Below are positions 12,317-26,253 of a stretch of DNA of 64,000 bases, piece by piece; position 1 is the stretch's first letter; every line of letters starts with the position of its first letter. Made by a program: the position numbers and the translations under genes. The notes beneath the pieces are model-generated. The model saw nothing but the letters and a program-made list of their open reading frames with translations, searched no databases and was not told the origin of the DNA. This DNA comes from Narcine bancroftii. Lineage: Eukaryota. The stretch spans positions 278,070,001 to 278,134,000 of the forward strand of contig NC_091469.1 in NCBI RefSeq assembly GCF_036971445.1, written 5' to 3'.

Positions 12317-12860
12317 GCTCTGCAACAGTCTGGAACTCGGTGGCTGGAGCCTTCTGCTTTAAGTGGGGTCTTCTCGGTACCCAGAAAGACCACAGTAAGT
12401 ATCAGGGCAGGGGTCGTCGCCACTTCCACGCGGTGCAGTCCTGCGGCTCTTGCTTTTTAGGGAAGAAAACAGATGGAAAAATTCAACCGTTAAACATGAG
12501 AGTCTGCAAACGTCGTAGTTGAAGTAAATACAACGCTGGAGAAACTCAGCAGGTCAGATAGTGTAGCAAAGATAATGATGCACCAGCAACGTCTCGGGCT
12601 TGAGTCCATCGGTGTGATTGTACTGACACATTTTATTTGGGATTTCCAATACAGTTTTTGCTTTTTTTTTCGTTTTTCAGTAAATTGACATTTGCTGTGA
12701 ATTCGTCGTCCCTGAACCAAGTCCTGACTCCGGTGCATCTTTAATAGAAACTCTTCAACCGGCCGTTTGAGCTGTTTATTTGGTACCTTGAGACAATATT
12801 GCGACCTGTTGCGTTGGCCCAAACTCTGTTTAATCTGGACGACGGGTTGGAAGCTGCGAC

Positions 12861-13070
12861 ATGCCGGCAATTTCCCCCCTTCTGCGATTCCATGGATTTC
12901 CCACGCTGTTTGGACGCGTTAGGGATACGAAGATCACCTTTGTGGTCGACACGTCGCAGAGTATGCACGGCCACCTCGGCGCCATCAAGTTTCACCTCAA
13001 GGAAGCACTTTTGGCTAAGGCTTACACCACACCGGACAGTGGCTTTAATATTGTGGAATTTTCCAATAAG
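12861..13070 (+). CDS. C11orf16: C11orf16-like coding exon 1 (start of vWA domain, DTSQS MIDAS-like motif)
   Basis: ATG 12861; ITFVVDTSQSMHGHL...FNIVEFSNK; donor AAG|GTAGAG, phase 0. Confidence 0.75.
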
Positions 13071-13543
13071 GTAGAGTTGTGGTATCCTCCACTGAAACAT
13101 CATAGACTCATTTGCCAATTAGAACGTTTCGTGATTTTTAAAAAATGTATTATAGTCCCAATTACATTTATTTATCGACTGAAATCATACTAATAGATGA
13201 CAAGATGCAGTATAACAAATTACACTGGACAACAAAGATTTTGCTTCTTGAACATTTTTGCTGCATTTTATGGATTTTTAGATGGCTGTTCATGAAAATC
13301 ACCTTAAAACTTTCCCATCATATACCTTTTTTAAAGCTATAACCTATTTTCATAGTTTTCTGTCTTATTTTAAGTCTACTTCAAGCATACAAAACCCTGT
13401 TAATCTTGGTGCAGTCAGCAAACCTGGTGAAAGGTTTCACCCAGTCATTGGGACCATGGAAAAGCCGTGTCAGGGCAACTAGAATGCTGGCAATGTTGGT
13501 CAACTCTTGTTGGACACTGACAGAAGAGGTATCAGATGCTGAG

Positions 13544-16500
13544 TGTCAGTCACATTTGTGGCCCAAAATGTGAAGTTAATAAAACATCGAACGCAAGTTT
13601 TATCAGGTAAACTTCTCAGTGTCTTTATTCTCCAGTTTTCCTTTGTTCTCCTGCTTGTGCTCTTATCTCTCTCTCATACCACGTGACTTCCGGTACATCT
13701 CATACATATTCATTATCATGACATCCCTCCTTTAATCAGAAATAAACTTTATCTTCACTTACCAATATCCCTCGGAAACCTACAAACATCGTAACTAATG
13801 GTAATACTATAACTCAATTACATAAAATTTACTTCCTACAACACTCATACATGCACTTTATGATATAAGATTAAAATACTGTCCCAAAGTTCTTATTAAA
13901 ACTATGGCACAAAGTCTTCGTATCGTTTGGGTGCTTTCCGGTTTCGTTTCGGCCTGCCTGCGATATTGTCGTCGCTTCTCGGTTGTTCACTCTAGGCGTC
14001 GGAAATACTGCTCGCCACGGTTTCGGGTGTTTCTGGTGCTCTAGTCACTTCATCAGGAGTGCTGGTAACTGCCTCTGGAACATCATCAGGTCTCTCAGTT
14101 TCAGCATCTCGTATTGGCCTTTCAACCTCTTCGCTTGATGTATCTCTGGACTGGTACCTTTTTACACCTGATACATTTCTCTTATACAGGACTCCAGTCG
14201 GAGACTTGACTGTCACCATACTGCCACTTCTGGATACGACAGTATAGGGTTGATGGTAATAAGGTGTGTCTAGCTTACCACCAGTTTCATGCCTCACTAG
14301 AACATTATCTCCTGGCATGATGTCTGAGTACTTGGCTCCACGTTTCGAATCTGTGTACAGCTTTGCTGCACCTTTCTTTTCAGCATCGTGGTCCCTCATC
14401 TCCTGGTCGTCTCGGATTTCCTTTATTTCTGGCATTTTTGTGCGGATTTTTCTCCCAAAAAATGCTTCTGCAGGACTTTTTCCAGTGGTTGCATGAGGCG
14501 TTGCTCGATAGACAGCCACATAAGATAGCAATGCTTCTCGCCAATTTTGTCCTTCAGCGTGTGCAATCCTCAATCGTTTTTCAATGGACTGATTTTGTCT
14601 CTCTACTTCTCCGTTGGCTTGCGGCCATTTCGCAGTTACTTTATATTTGTAGGGTTGTAGTCTGAGTACCCATCTCTCTATTCTGGCACATGGTTTGGAT
14701 CTAGGTGCATAGATCACCTCTAATGGCTTATGATCTGTGATGAGTTCAAATTCAATGCCGTATAAATATGCATGGAACCTCTCACAGGCCCATACAAGTC
14801 TGAGTGCTTCTTTCTCTGTCTGAGAGTATTTTCTTTCCACATCTGATAATGATCTGCTGGCATAGGCAATGATTCTTGGTCCTCCATCATTCATCTGGAC
14901 CAACACGGCTCCTAAACCAACCGGGCTGGCATCCACTATGACTTTGGTTGATGCCGCCGGATCGTAATATCCAAGAGTTTTTGCATCTGTCAGGCTTTGC
15001 TTCAGCGCTGTGAACGCTTTCTTCTGCTCAGATCCAAAATGAAATGGTACACCTTTCCTGGTTAGTTTCCTTAGTGGTTCTGCCACTGTAGTGAAATTAG
15101 GAATGAACTTTGCACAAAAATTGACCAATCCCAGGAAATTCCTCACCTCCGTTGCGTTCTGAGGTGCACGTGCCTCTTCAATAGCTTTCACCTTGGCCTC
15201 TGCAGGGTTTAGTCCTTCCCGTGTAAGTCTGTGTCCCATGAAGTCCATTTCTGACACACTGAACTGGCACTTGTTTCCATTCACGGTAAGGCCTGCCTCC
15301 TGTAGTCTAGATAGTACATGCCTCAACCGTTTGTCATGCTCTTCCTTCATTGGTGCATGGACTATGATGTCGTCAGAAATGTTGGCAACTCCAGGAATGC
15401 CTTGAATCACTCGATGGATTTCATACTGGTAGATCTCCGAAGCTGCATTAATTCCAAATGATAGTCTCTTGTAACGATACAATCCACAGTGAGTCACAAA
15501 TGTTGTTACATCTCGGGAACCTGGATCCAGCTCTAATTGATGATAGCCCCATTTCAGATCAATTTTTGAGAATATCTTACTGGTAGTTAGTTCTTGAAGT
15601 ATTTCCTCCACTGTTGGCATAGGGTCTCGTTCTCTAATTATAGCTTCATTGGCCATTCTCATGTCAACACATAGTCTTATGTCACCCTTTGGTTTGGGCA
15701 CAATCACTACGGGACTGACCCATTGTGTCGAATGTTCCACCGGTTCAATAATGTCTTGTTCGATCAATTCTTTAATTTTGGCTTCTACTTTCCCACGAAG
15801 TCCAAACGGAGTTCGGCGCATTGGTTGTGCCTTAGGTTTGACCGTTTCATCTACCGCTAGCTTCAATTGTCGACCTTTCAGCTTTCCTATTCCTTGGAAG
15901 ACTGCGGGGAATTCATGCTTCATATCCTCGTATGACTGAATTGAATTGCCAGGTCTTGCGCTGTGCTTCTACTCAGCAATGGTTCTCCCCTCTCTTCCAT
16001 GACCATAAACTCTGCTTCGGTGTACTTATCTCCAGCTTCAACAGTTGCAGTAAAACATCCAATGGTCTGCAATGGCTTGGTTGCTGTGTATGGATACAGT
16101 TTCTTGGAACACTTCTTTGAGGTACAAATGATCTTTTTCCTTTTCAACTTCTCCCATAAATGTCGATCAATCACATTACTGTCTCTGCCTGAGTCTACAA
16201 TGACCTGCACTGTCACTCCACCAATGATCACTGGGACCTTCTCATGACGTACTTCATTCAACGTAAATTGGTAACAACTCTGTCCCTCCTGGGTATCATC
16301 ATCGTCACCGTCTATCTGGCGAATGGTATCTTTCTTTCCAGGATACTTTCCTTTCCCCCAGACTTTGCCTTTGGAAGTTGTACTCTTCCTCTTCTGGTCT
16401 GCATTGGACTTGCTTTTGCACTTCTTTGCAAAGTGGTCTTTACCTCCACACTTTCTGCAAACTTTGCCTTTGGCTGGGCAATATGGGTCTTTTCCAAAGT

Positions 16501-17471
16501 GACCTCGGTTTCCACATTGATAACACTCCACGTCCTGTGTCGACGTATATCTTGGCTGGTTATGGCGATGTGAGAGCCTCTTAATTTGCTGGCTTGAGTT
16601 GTCTTTCAGGGTCATGGTATGAAATTGCCCTTCAACAGCCTCTAATGCAGCAGCAATGGTTAAAGCATCGGTGAGTTCCAACTCACTCCCTCTTTCCAGT
16701 AGACGTCTTCTGAGTTTATCTGATCTGCAGTGCTGTATGACTTGATCCAATAATTGGTTGTCCAAATCAGCTGGCATGTAATTGCATCCAACAGCTAGCT
16801 GGCGTAGTCTCGTCACGTACTGAGCAATTGTCTGGCCATCTTCTTGTCTCGTTCTCCGAAACAAATGGCGTTGAAATGTAGCATTCGGTGTCACTACATA
16901 GTGTGCATTTAATGCATCTACCACTTTCTGGTACTCATCCTTTCTTCCAGTATTCAAAAGTGTCTTAAATGTTTCCCGAACTGCGGATCCCGCGGTGAAA
17001 AGAAGTAACGCCCTTCTCTGCGCTTTTTGTTCAACTGTACCGGTATCTAGAAATAGGCTACGACTGTCGGCGTAGGATTCAAATTCTTCCAGCCATGCCT
17101 TCCACTTCACACTTGCTCAAATGAGCAATTCCAGTATGTGTTAGAAAGTCACCATCTGCCCCAGCCATGAGGAAATATTCCAGCCCCAAAAGTACTGAGT
17201 CAAAGAGAAAATTCTTATCACCTTGAAGTTGTCTGTAATCCTCTGTAATCTTGTTTAGTCTTTAATTTTCTTCAAGCTTCTTTCACCTCGTCGCCAATGT
17301 CACATTTGTGGCCCGAAATGTGAAGTTAATAAAACATCGAACGCAAGTTTTATCAGGTAAACTTCTCAGTGTCTTTATTCTCCAGTTTTCCTTTGTTCTC
17401 CTGCTTGTGCTCTTATCTCTCTCATACCACACGACTTCCGGTACATCTCATACATATTCATTATCATGACG
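13544..17471 (-). mobile_element. Ty3/Gypsy (Mag-like) LTR retrotransposon, internally deleted copy 1
   Basis: LTRs 13544-13723 and 17298-17471; TSD CTGAG; PBS TGGCGACGAGG; PPT AAAGGAGGGA; gag with two CCHC knuckles, protease VDSG, RT ISDD, RNase H; integrase core missing. Confidence 0.95.
13992..17110 (-). pseudogene. Disrupted gag-pol of Gypsy copy 1
   Basis: ORFs 15920-17110 and 13992-15923 are separated by a frameshifting deletion; 783-bp in-frame deletion relative to copy 2. Confidence 0.9.
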
Positions 17472-17909
17472 CTGAGTACAAACGAAAATCAACAGCAAAA
17501 CATTTTTCTGTCAGTTGAACAGCAGATGTGATTAAACATGCTAAATTCAATAAGGCTAACAATTTTTATCCTCTGTGATGCAGCAAATCTGAAATTATCT
17601 TTGTTCATCTTGAGGTTGCCTATCATAATCCCCATTTTTTTTTAAGGAAGCAAACCTTTTGGGGGAATAAAATTGTTGTCCAGTGTAACGTATATGATTT
17701 AAGTCCACGTTACAATTGCTATATATCTGCCAAATTATCAAAGTTATTGGATCTTGAATAATGTAAATAATTGCTATTCTAATGTCAATTCCAAAAGATA
17801 CATTATCTGTAGAACTGTATGTAAGCAGGGAAATTATGCTAAATCTTTATATAAAAAAAACTGCTGTGGTCTCATCTGGAGTCTTACATTCTATTCTGGT
17901 TGACACAAA

Positions 17910-18670
17910 GAACCATAGAACATTACAACACAGAAACAAGTCCCTCAGCCCTTCTTGTCTGTGCCAAACTATTTTTCTGCCTAGTCCCACTGACCTGAAC
18001 CCAGTCTATAGCTCTCCATAACATTCCCATCCATATACCTGTCCAAATTCTTCTTGAATGTTAAAATTGAGCCCACCTTCAGCTCACAGCTCATTCCACT
18101 CTCCCACCACTCTCTGTATGTAGAAGTTCCTCCTAAGACTTTCCCTTTCTCCCTTAACCCATGTCCTCTGGTTTGTTTCCCCTTAGTGGGGAAAAAAGTC
18201 TACCTACATTTAATCCATATCCCTCATAATTTTAAATACCTCTATCAAATCTCCCCTCATTCTTCTACACTCCAGGGAGAAAAAGTCCTAACCTTTCCCT
18301 GTAACTCAGTTCCAGGTGACATCCTACTAAATCTTCTCCGCACCCTTTTCATCTTGCTGATATCTTTCCTGTAGTTAGATGACAAAAACTGCACACAATA
18401 CTCTAAATTTGGACTCACCAATGTCTTATACAACTTTACCATAACATTCCAACTTCTATACTCAATACTTTGATTTGTAAAGGCCAATATACCAAAAGCT
18501 CTCTTTACAACCCTATCGACCTGTGATGGCACATTCATGGAACTATGTATTTGTATTCCCAGATCCCTCTGATCTACCACATTCCTCAGTGCCTTACCAT
18601 TTACTGTGTCTGTCCTTTCTTGGTTTGTCCTTTCAAAATGCAACACCTCACACCTGTCTGCATTAAATTC
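17910..18670 (-). mobile_element. CR1 LINE 3' fragment
   Basis: FNADRCEVLHF..QRDLGIQIH..KLYKTLVSPNLEYCVQF is a CR1 RT C-terminus. Confidence 0.85.
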
Positions 18671-19137
18671 ATCTTTGGAAGAACTTGAAGGTATGAGAGA
18701 AGGTCCAGTGGAAAATTCCAGGAGAAGACACGACAAAGTTGAAGAAGTTGGGCTTTGGAGAAGAGAAAGTTGAGGGGAAATGTGATGAAAGTATATGAAA
18801 TGACGAGGGACCCCTGGATAGAGTAGGTACTGGGAGGCTGTTCCCTTTGGTAAAGGGGTGGAGCACAAACAGAAAATTAAGAGTAACAACAGGAAACGTT
18901 TCTTTGAAACAAACATTGATTGGTTGTAATCTGGAATGCACTTCCTGTAGGGCTGGTAGAGCTAGGTGCTGGCGGAAATTTTGCAAGGCTACAAACAAAG
19001 GGCCAATGGGTGGAATTAGAGAATCCTCTGGTAGCAAGTCGATACATACATGATTGGCTGAATGGCCTCCCTCTATTTTGTAACGATTGTATGATACTAT
19101 GAATATTTAATGTTTAATGCTGTTTCTTTTTATGTAG

Positions 19138-19497
19138 GTAACCAAATGGTGTGACTGTATGGTAACATGTAACCCACAGACTATTTTCAGTGCAATGCAG
19201 TGGTTTCAATCACTTAGCTGTGCACAGGGCAGGGATCTGCTCAGTGCATTAACAGCTGCATTTGATGACCCAGTATGTGAGGCTTTTTACCTGGTGACAA
19301 ACGGTCTACCTGACAACATGTTAAAGGATATTTTTCATGTGCTACCATACATATCCCATGGTCGTCCAATACACACCTTCTACTTGTCTGACAAATGGAT
19401 AGATGGTGAAACTCGAGAGTTTCTGCAGGAAACCAGCAGGCTCACCCAGGGCAGTGCCCATCTCATTAAACTTAACAACTGTGGAGCGATCAAACAG
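19138..19497 (+). CDS. C11orf16: C11orf16-like coding exon 2 (vWA domain)
   Basis: TAG acceptor 19135-19137, donor CAG|GTAATA, phase 0/0; VTKWCDCM..AMQWFQSL..GRDLLSALTAAF..EAFYLVTNGLPD..PIHTFYL..FLQETSRLTQG fits a VWA3-type fold. Confidence 0.8.
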
Positions 19498-21299
19498 GTA
19501 ATAGATGAAAATTAAATAGCCCTTTACAGAAAATGTGCCTGTCAATTCTGTTTAAGATCACCATGTATGCAAGAATATTTGAAGCCTTAAGAAATCCTTG
19601 CAAACCTTAAGAAGGTCAACTGTGTTACTCAAATTTCAAAATACAGCAGCAATGCCAAATTATAGTGTAAATATCTTTGATAAAAAAAAGATGGAATCTC
19701 AGCCAGTTTATTAACTGAAATCTCCAGAAAAAATGTTATTACATGCTGTGCAAGTTGTCATTGAAAATTTAACATTTACTAATATGTCTGTTGAGTGGTT
19801 TGAAATTTTGAGATTAATTGTGCTTGTGCAATAAAAGCTTTAATTGTACGGTTAAATAGGGGTGTACCAGTGGAAAATTCTCAGCATATTCAATCCCTTG
19901 AGAGGTTACAGGACCTTTACCCTCTTGATTATTCTAAGTACCAGAACCTGATAGCATGTTTCTGATATACCTAATGCTCTTTTTCTTTTCCACGTGCTCT
20001 ATACGTTTTAAACATAATTAAATTTAATCACATTCACAGTTAGCATTATTTTTATGTGATTGACGTTGTACTTTTCCTTGCAAATATCATCTTAAAAATT
20101 GCTTTACAATCTTTGCAGCAATGATATTAAAACCATGGCTCCTTAAGATCACTTTAAAATATGCTTAAATGTCCAATCAGGTGCAAATGGAGAAGGATTA
20201 AGCCAGAGGACACAAGAGTGACATGTGGAAACATTTTAATATACAAAAGGTCATCATGATCTGGGTTGCATTGCCTTCCAGTGACTTTCAAAAGGAAACT
20301 GGACAGATATTTAAGGAAGAATAAAAAATACAAACCATAGGGGAACATGGAGAATGGGCTAACTGGAGCTATTGTTGAGAGCAAGTCTTTGAGTTATTTC
20401 AAGTTCAAATTCAAGTTTACTCTCGTATGTACCAATGTGGAGTGAGAAAGTTTGCTTTGGATGCACTTTAGCTAGTCATCCCATACATAGTAAAAGAATA
20501 AAAATGCAGTGCAGAGTTACAAAGAGATATCAGATAGTACAGATCAAGGGCAACATTATTTATATGTGACGTTCCTTCAGGAGTCTGAGAATGGAAAGAA
20601 ATAAAATGTTGTTGAATTTAGTGAACCCTGTCTGTAGGAGGAGGATGAAAGAATGTGGCTGGGGTGGAGTCAATATGCTGGGAGTAAATGGAAAGGACAT
20701 TGTGGGGTGGGGGGGGGGGTCACAGGGTTGAGTGATGGCCTGAGCTGAATTCACATCTCTGCAGTTTCTTGGAGTATTGGGCACTTGGGCAGAGCAGTTC
20801 TCCTCACACAGTGATGCACCCTGACAGGATGCCTTCAATGGTGCATCTGTAAAAGTCATTGAGGGACACAGAGGACATGCCAAATTTCTTCACACACCTG
20901 GATAATGATGAGTACACTCATTTAGTCAAAAGACATTTATCTCCAAATGCTGGAGTTCAAATTAGGAAAAAAGAACTTGCTTCATTCTGTAGCTCCTGTT
21001 TCTCAACAACAGTTTGATTTTGTGGCTTGTGGATATTGTTGCACAAACATCCACAAATTATAATAGAAATATCTGCTATTGCAGCAAAATTTCTGTATCT
21101 TGGCTTGCATCCCTATATTGTAATGGCATCAAATTCCAGTTGAAAATTATGCAACAGATAACGAGATTGAAAACTGAAATTTGGAAAAAGAAACAAGACA
21201 AAATGAGAAACTGCTATTTTTCTGGAAAGTTTGCAAAATAGTATGACATCAATGTCTCACATTATGAGAGAATCTAATCATGTATTTATTGTTGCATAG

Positions 21300-21481
21300 G
21301 TGGCTCCCATTTATCCCGCAAGCACCTTAATCTCTGGGCCTCAGTACTCTGATCTGAAGTACTGCACTACCAAAACCCCACTGGAGAAAAGTCCATTCAC
21401 TGACTCATGTATAGAATATTCTGATGCAGAAGCTTTTCACATGCATCCAGTGAATTTGAACAGTCCAATGGATTCTGCAAG
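21300..21481 (+). CDS. C11orf16: C11orf16-like coding exon 3 (linker)
   Basis: TAG acceptor, donor AG|GTGAAA, open frame; phase 0/2 is compatible with both neighbours. Confidence 0.65.
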
Positions 21482-22372
21482 GTGAAATTTTTTTTTGTTA
21501 AAAATGGGTGATCATTCCATCATACAACTTACTAAACTTAATTCTGCAGCACTCTATATTTTGCAAAGTTGTAGGACATGTTAGAAATCAGAACACAATT
21601 TTTAAAATGACTTTTAAGACAATCTTATTAAAATATCCCTCAGATGCAATAAAGGTCAATCAAATAATTGATTCTTTTTAACAATGAAGATAATTTTTTG
21701 AATGTAAGCCACTTGTTTTAATGGACTATTTCATGAGTGTAGTAATTTGTATTTGAGTATTTAATAGAATAGTTTAATTTACTGGGCAACACAATGTTAA
21801 GCTTGATTGCGCAGTGGTCAATAACTCAGCAAATAATTTCTCTCTAAATTGCCCCATATAATTTTCATCCATTTCTTTAATTGCACCATTGCTTACATTT
21901 CTTTAATTCTCTGAAAAAAAAATATTTACACAACATATACAATAATAACTGGAAAATATTTAGGCATGGCCTGAGGTGGAAAGTTGCATTTATGCCATGA
22001 AAGGAACTCCAACAGTCTCTCCTTGATATTAATAAACTGCATATATCCAGGCAAATCTATTGTACTCCTGTTCAATCCTTGCAAAAACATAATGAAGTCA
22101 GAAAATTATTACCGTACCAAGGATAGCCGGCTGTTGTAGCAATAGGATTTAGTCCAGTTCATTTTCTTGTCAATGATACCTGGAGAAACTCCATATAATG
22201 TTACTGAATTTCAAGGGTTAGGAGTTACTCAAGAAGCTACAATCAAAAGACATTGTGCTTATATTTCTTCTGTTCATAGGTTCTTATACTCATTGGTACC
22301 CTATCCTTTGGCAGTGTCTTACATACCAACTTCAAAATACAAGGCAACGATATGCCAGGGATTCTTCATTAA

Positions 22373-22877
22373 CACCTAGCATCACTAGGGTTGGTGTCAC
22401 CAGGTTCGGTAATTCATAATGTCACCAGTACCCCACTTGGACCTCCTCCCATACCAGACCATACAGAATCCTTGGTAATGTTTTTTGTACTAATGTTACT
22501 TGTAAATCACAAACATGAATTACCACAAACATTAAATCACCAGAAAATTTGACAAAAGTAGTGACAAAAACAACAGCACGTGTTTGCAGATGAAACCATA
22601 TGATTTGAAGCATCATTATAATTGGGAAATAATGACGGCTCTGACCAGAGTGTTCAAAAAGTAAATTAGCGTAGAGTTTTAGCCTTGTAGGTATATTGAT
22701 ACATGAAAGATGGGCTTAAGAAAAATGTTTTTATTGTGATAACTACAGGGATATTTTTATTAAAAAATAATAAATTTCTGCTGAAACACTCCACAAAAAT
22801 TTTATAGACAGTCATTTTGATGTCACCCCCTCTGATGGTGTCACCTGGTGCGATCTGCACCCCCAGTGACACCAGTG
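22373..22877. mobile_element. Non-autonomous hAT-like DNA transposon
   Basis: Degenerate inverted termini (CATCACTAGGG...CCAGTGACACCAGTG) and subterminal GGTGTCACC repeats; a second copy at 24169-26786 is split by an RTE LINE. Confidence 0.6.
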
Positions 22878-23643
22878 CCCAAATACGAAGGATAAAGGAA
22901 TGATAGTAAATAAAAATTCCCATTCAAGTCACACCATCCTGACTTAGCAACATTTCACAGTTTCTTCTGAGTCACGGGTTTCTGAAACTGAATATCTACC
23001 CAACATTATTCTGACAATAATCACAACACATGGCAGGTCACCGTCATATTCTCAAGAGCATTAAGGATGGGCAGTAAGTCCTGGCTTTGTCAGTGATGCC
23101 ATATCCTGTAAATGAATTAAATTAGTATTAATGTAAAAGTTCTGATGTTGAGTGCTGGGTTTTGTATTATTAGACTTTTGGTTGCTAAACTTCTTTCTTA
23201 TCTGGAGGACTGACTGGATCCTTTTATTAATTACAGATTACTCAGACTTTTAATTTACCATCATTAAAATAAATATTTCCTGGAATAATTACAATTTTGA
23301 ATTAGAGCATGGCTACATAGTTCTAGTTGGTATTAAATAGTTTTGGCACTTCAGCAATAAACTCAAGATTGGTCGGCGTTCTAATGAGAATAAGTGAATC
23401 ACAAGACTAGAATTGTTGCTGCTAATTCTAATGTTGGATTTCCCCTTGGGGGGGTTTCAGTCATTTCTTTATGGGCGATTGCATCTTTGCTCCTTTCTCC
23501 ATCATTTCCTGAGAAAAGTGACCAGGGTAATGCTATAAATTCATTGTTACTTTCCAATTCCTCCCTTCCCTAAATCATTCCTTAAACATTATTTATATTG
23601 ATCAAACTAAAGATTGAGTTTGCATTGTTACCTTTCTTATTAG

Positions 23644-23767
23644 CATCTACAAATATACTGATCCATGGGTGGGACTTCTTGGATCAAGTCGCTTGGTTTT
23701 CGGAGCTTCTGTCCTGGCAAGACAAGAGTCTGATGGATTTTTTCACATGGGCACAATCAAGCAGGAG
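23644..23767 (+). CDS. C11orf16: C11orf16-like coding exon 4 (start of DUF4537 region)
   Basis: VLARQESDGFFHMGTIKQE resembles human C11orf16 VLARREADGFYY (recalled); phase 2/0. Confidence 0.75.
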
Positions 23768-24262
23768 GTGGAGTGGAATTTTAGTTCTATTATTTATAAT
23801 GATGTACAAATAATATCTATTCATTTTCCCAGTCCCTTGTTATTTTTAGTTATCAATTAGTCACAAGTAATATACCGATTAACAACATTCTTTATATGCT
23901 ACCAATAACATCAGCTGTTCTATGTCAAATTTTCAAAAAAACATAATTATAAAAATACTATGGAAAATGTTGTCATGTTATTGTCATACCTTAAAGTATA
24001 CAGGAGGAAATGACTTGTTTTTGAACCTATTTGATGCCACACTTGAGTACATTTTGAGTTTGGGTTTCTTAATCTGGTGTGATGTAGGTATCTAATGCCA
24101 TTATTTCTAGAAGTATTAGATATATGCTTCATTGCTTTGCAGTGACTTTTGATTGAAGATGTTTGAATCAGTGCGTTAACTCATGGTGTCACCACACTCC
24201 CTCCCCCCCCATGGAACGCCTCCCGTATCAGACCATACAGAATCCTTAGTAATGTTTTTTGT

Positions 24263-26253
24263 CCCTCACCCCAAGCCCAAAGCCCGCTGCGCAGCTCAGA
24301 CGGCAAAGTCCTCCTCAGCGACAAGATCTCCATCCTCAACCGATGGTCAGAACACTTCCAATCTCTTTTCAGTGCCAACCGCTCAGTCCAAGATTCCGCC
24401 CTGCTCCAGCTCCCTCAACAGCCCCTAAGGCTAGAGCTGGATGAGGTTCCCACCCTGGATGAGACATATAAGGCAATCGAACAACTGAAAAGTGGCAAAG
24501 CAGCAGGTATGGATGGAATCCCCCCAGAAGTCTGGAAGGCTGGCGGCAAAACTCTGCATGCCAAACTGCATGAGTTTTTCAAGCTTTGTTGGGACCAAGG
24601 TAAACTGCCTCAGGATCTTCGTGATGCCACCATCATCACCCTGTACAAAAACAAAGGCGAGAAATCAGACTGCTCAAACTACAGGGGAATCACGTTGCTC
24701 TCCATTGCAGGCAAAATCTTCGCTAGGATTCTACTAAATAGAATAATACCTAGTGTCGCCGAGAATATTCTCCCAGAATCACAGTGCGGCTTTCGCGCAA
24801 ACAGAGGAACTACTGACATGGTCTTTGCCCTCAGACAGCTCCAAGAAAAATGCAGAGAACAAAACAAAGGACTCTACATCACCTTTGTTGACCTCACCAA
24901 AGCCTTCGACACCGTGAGCAGGAAAGGGCTTTGGCAAATACTAGAGCGCATCGGATGTCCCCCAAAGTTCCTCAACATGATTATCCAACTGCACGAAAAC
25001 CAACAAGGTCGGGTCAGATACAGCAATGAGCTCTCTGAACCCTTCTCCATTAACAATGGCGTGAAGCAAGGCTGTGTTCTGGCACCAACCCTCTTTTCAA
25101 TCTTCTTCAGCATGATGCTGAACCAAGCCATGAAAGACCCCAACAATGAAGACGCTGTTTACATCCGGTACCGCACGGATGGCAGTCTCTTCAATCTGAG
25201 GCGCCTGCAAGCTCACACCAAGACACAAGAGAAACTTGTGCGTGAACTACTCTTTGCAGACGATGCCGCTTTAGTTGCCCATTCAGAGCCAGCTCTTCAG
25301 CGCTTGACGTCCTGCTTTGCGGAAACTGCCAAAATGTTTGGCCTGGAAGTCAGCCTGAAGAAAACTGAGGTCCTCCATCAGCCAGCTCCCCACCATGATT
25401 ACCAGCCCCCCCACATCTCCATCGGGCACACAAAACTCAAAACGGTCAACCAGTTTACCTATCTCGGCTGCACCATTTCATCAGATGCAAGGATCGACAA
25501 TGAGATAGACAACAGACTCGCCAAGGCAAATAGCGCCTTTGGAAGACTACACAAAAGAGTCTGGAAAAACAACCAACTGAAAAACCTCACAAAGATAAGC
25601 GTATACAGAGCCGTTGTCATACCCACACTCCTGTTCGGCTCCGAATCATGGGTCCTCTACCGGCACCACCTACGGCTCCTAGAACGCTTCCACCAGCGTT
25701 GTCTCCGCTCCATCCTCAACATCCATTGGAGCGCTTACATCCCTAACGTCGAAGTACTCGAGATGGCAGAGGTCGACAGCATCGAGTCCACGCTGCTGAA
25801 GATCCAGCTGCGCTGGATGGGTCACGTCTCCAGAATGGAGGACCATCGCCTTCCCAAGATCGTGTTATATGGCGAGCTCTCCACTGGCCACCGTGACAGA
25901 GGTGCACCAAAGAAAAGGTACAAGGACTGCCTAAAGAAATCTCTTGGTGCCTGCCACATTGACCACTGCCAGTGGGCTGATATCGCCTGAAACCGTGCAT
26001 CTTGGCGCCTCACAGTTTGGCGGGCAGCAACCTCCTTTGAAGAAGACCGCAGAGCCTACCTCACTGACAAAAGGCAAAGGAGGAAAAACCCAACACCCAA
26101 CCCCAACCCACCAATTTTCCCCTGCAACTGCTGCAATCGTGTCTGCCTGTCCCGCATCGGACTTGTCAGCCACAAACGAGCCTGCAGCTGACGTGGACTT
26201 TTTACCCCCTCCATAAATCTTCGTCCGCGAAGCCAAGCCAGAGAAGAAAGAAG
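24263..26253 (+). mobile_element. 5'-truncated young RTE-clade LINE
   Basis: Long RT ORF (NYRGITLLS, DLTKAFD, GVKQG, LFADD) with a single premature TGA at 25988-25990; GAA-type tail; inserted in a hAT-like element. Confidence 0.95.

Noticed and set aside
22280-22343. Possible extra C11orf16 exon after a good acceptor (TTCATAG)
   Set aside because: No canonical donor in a compatible phase; exons 21481 and 23644 already join in frame
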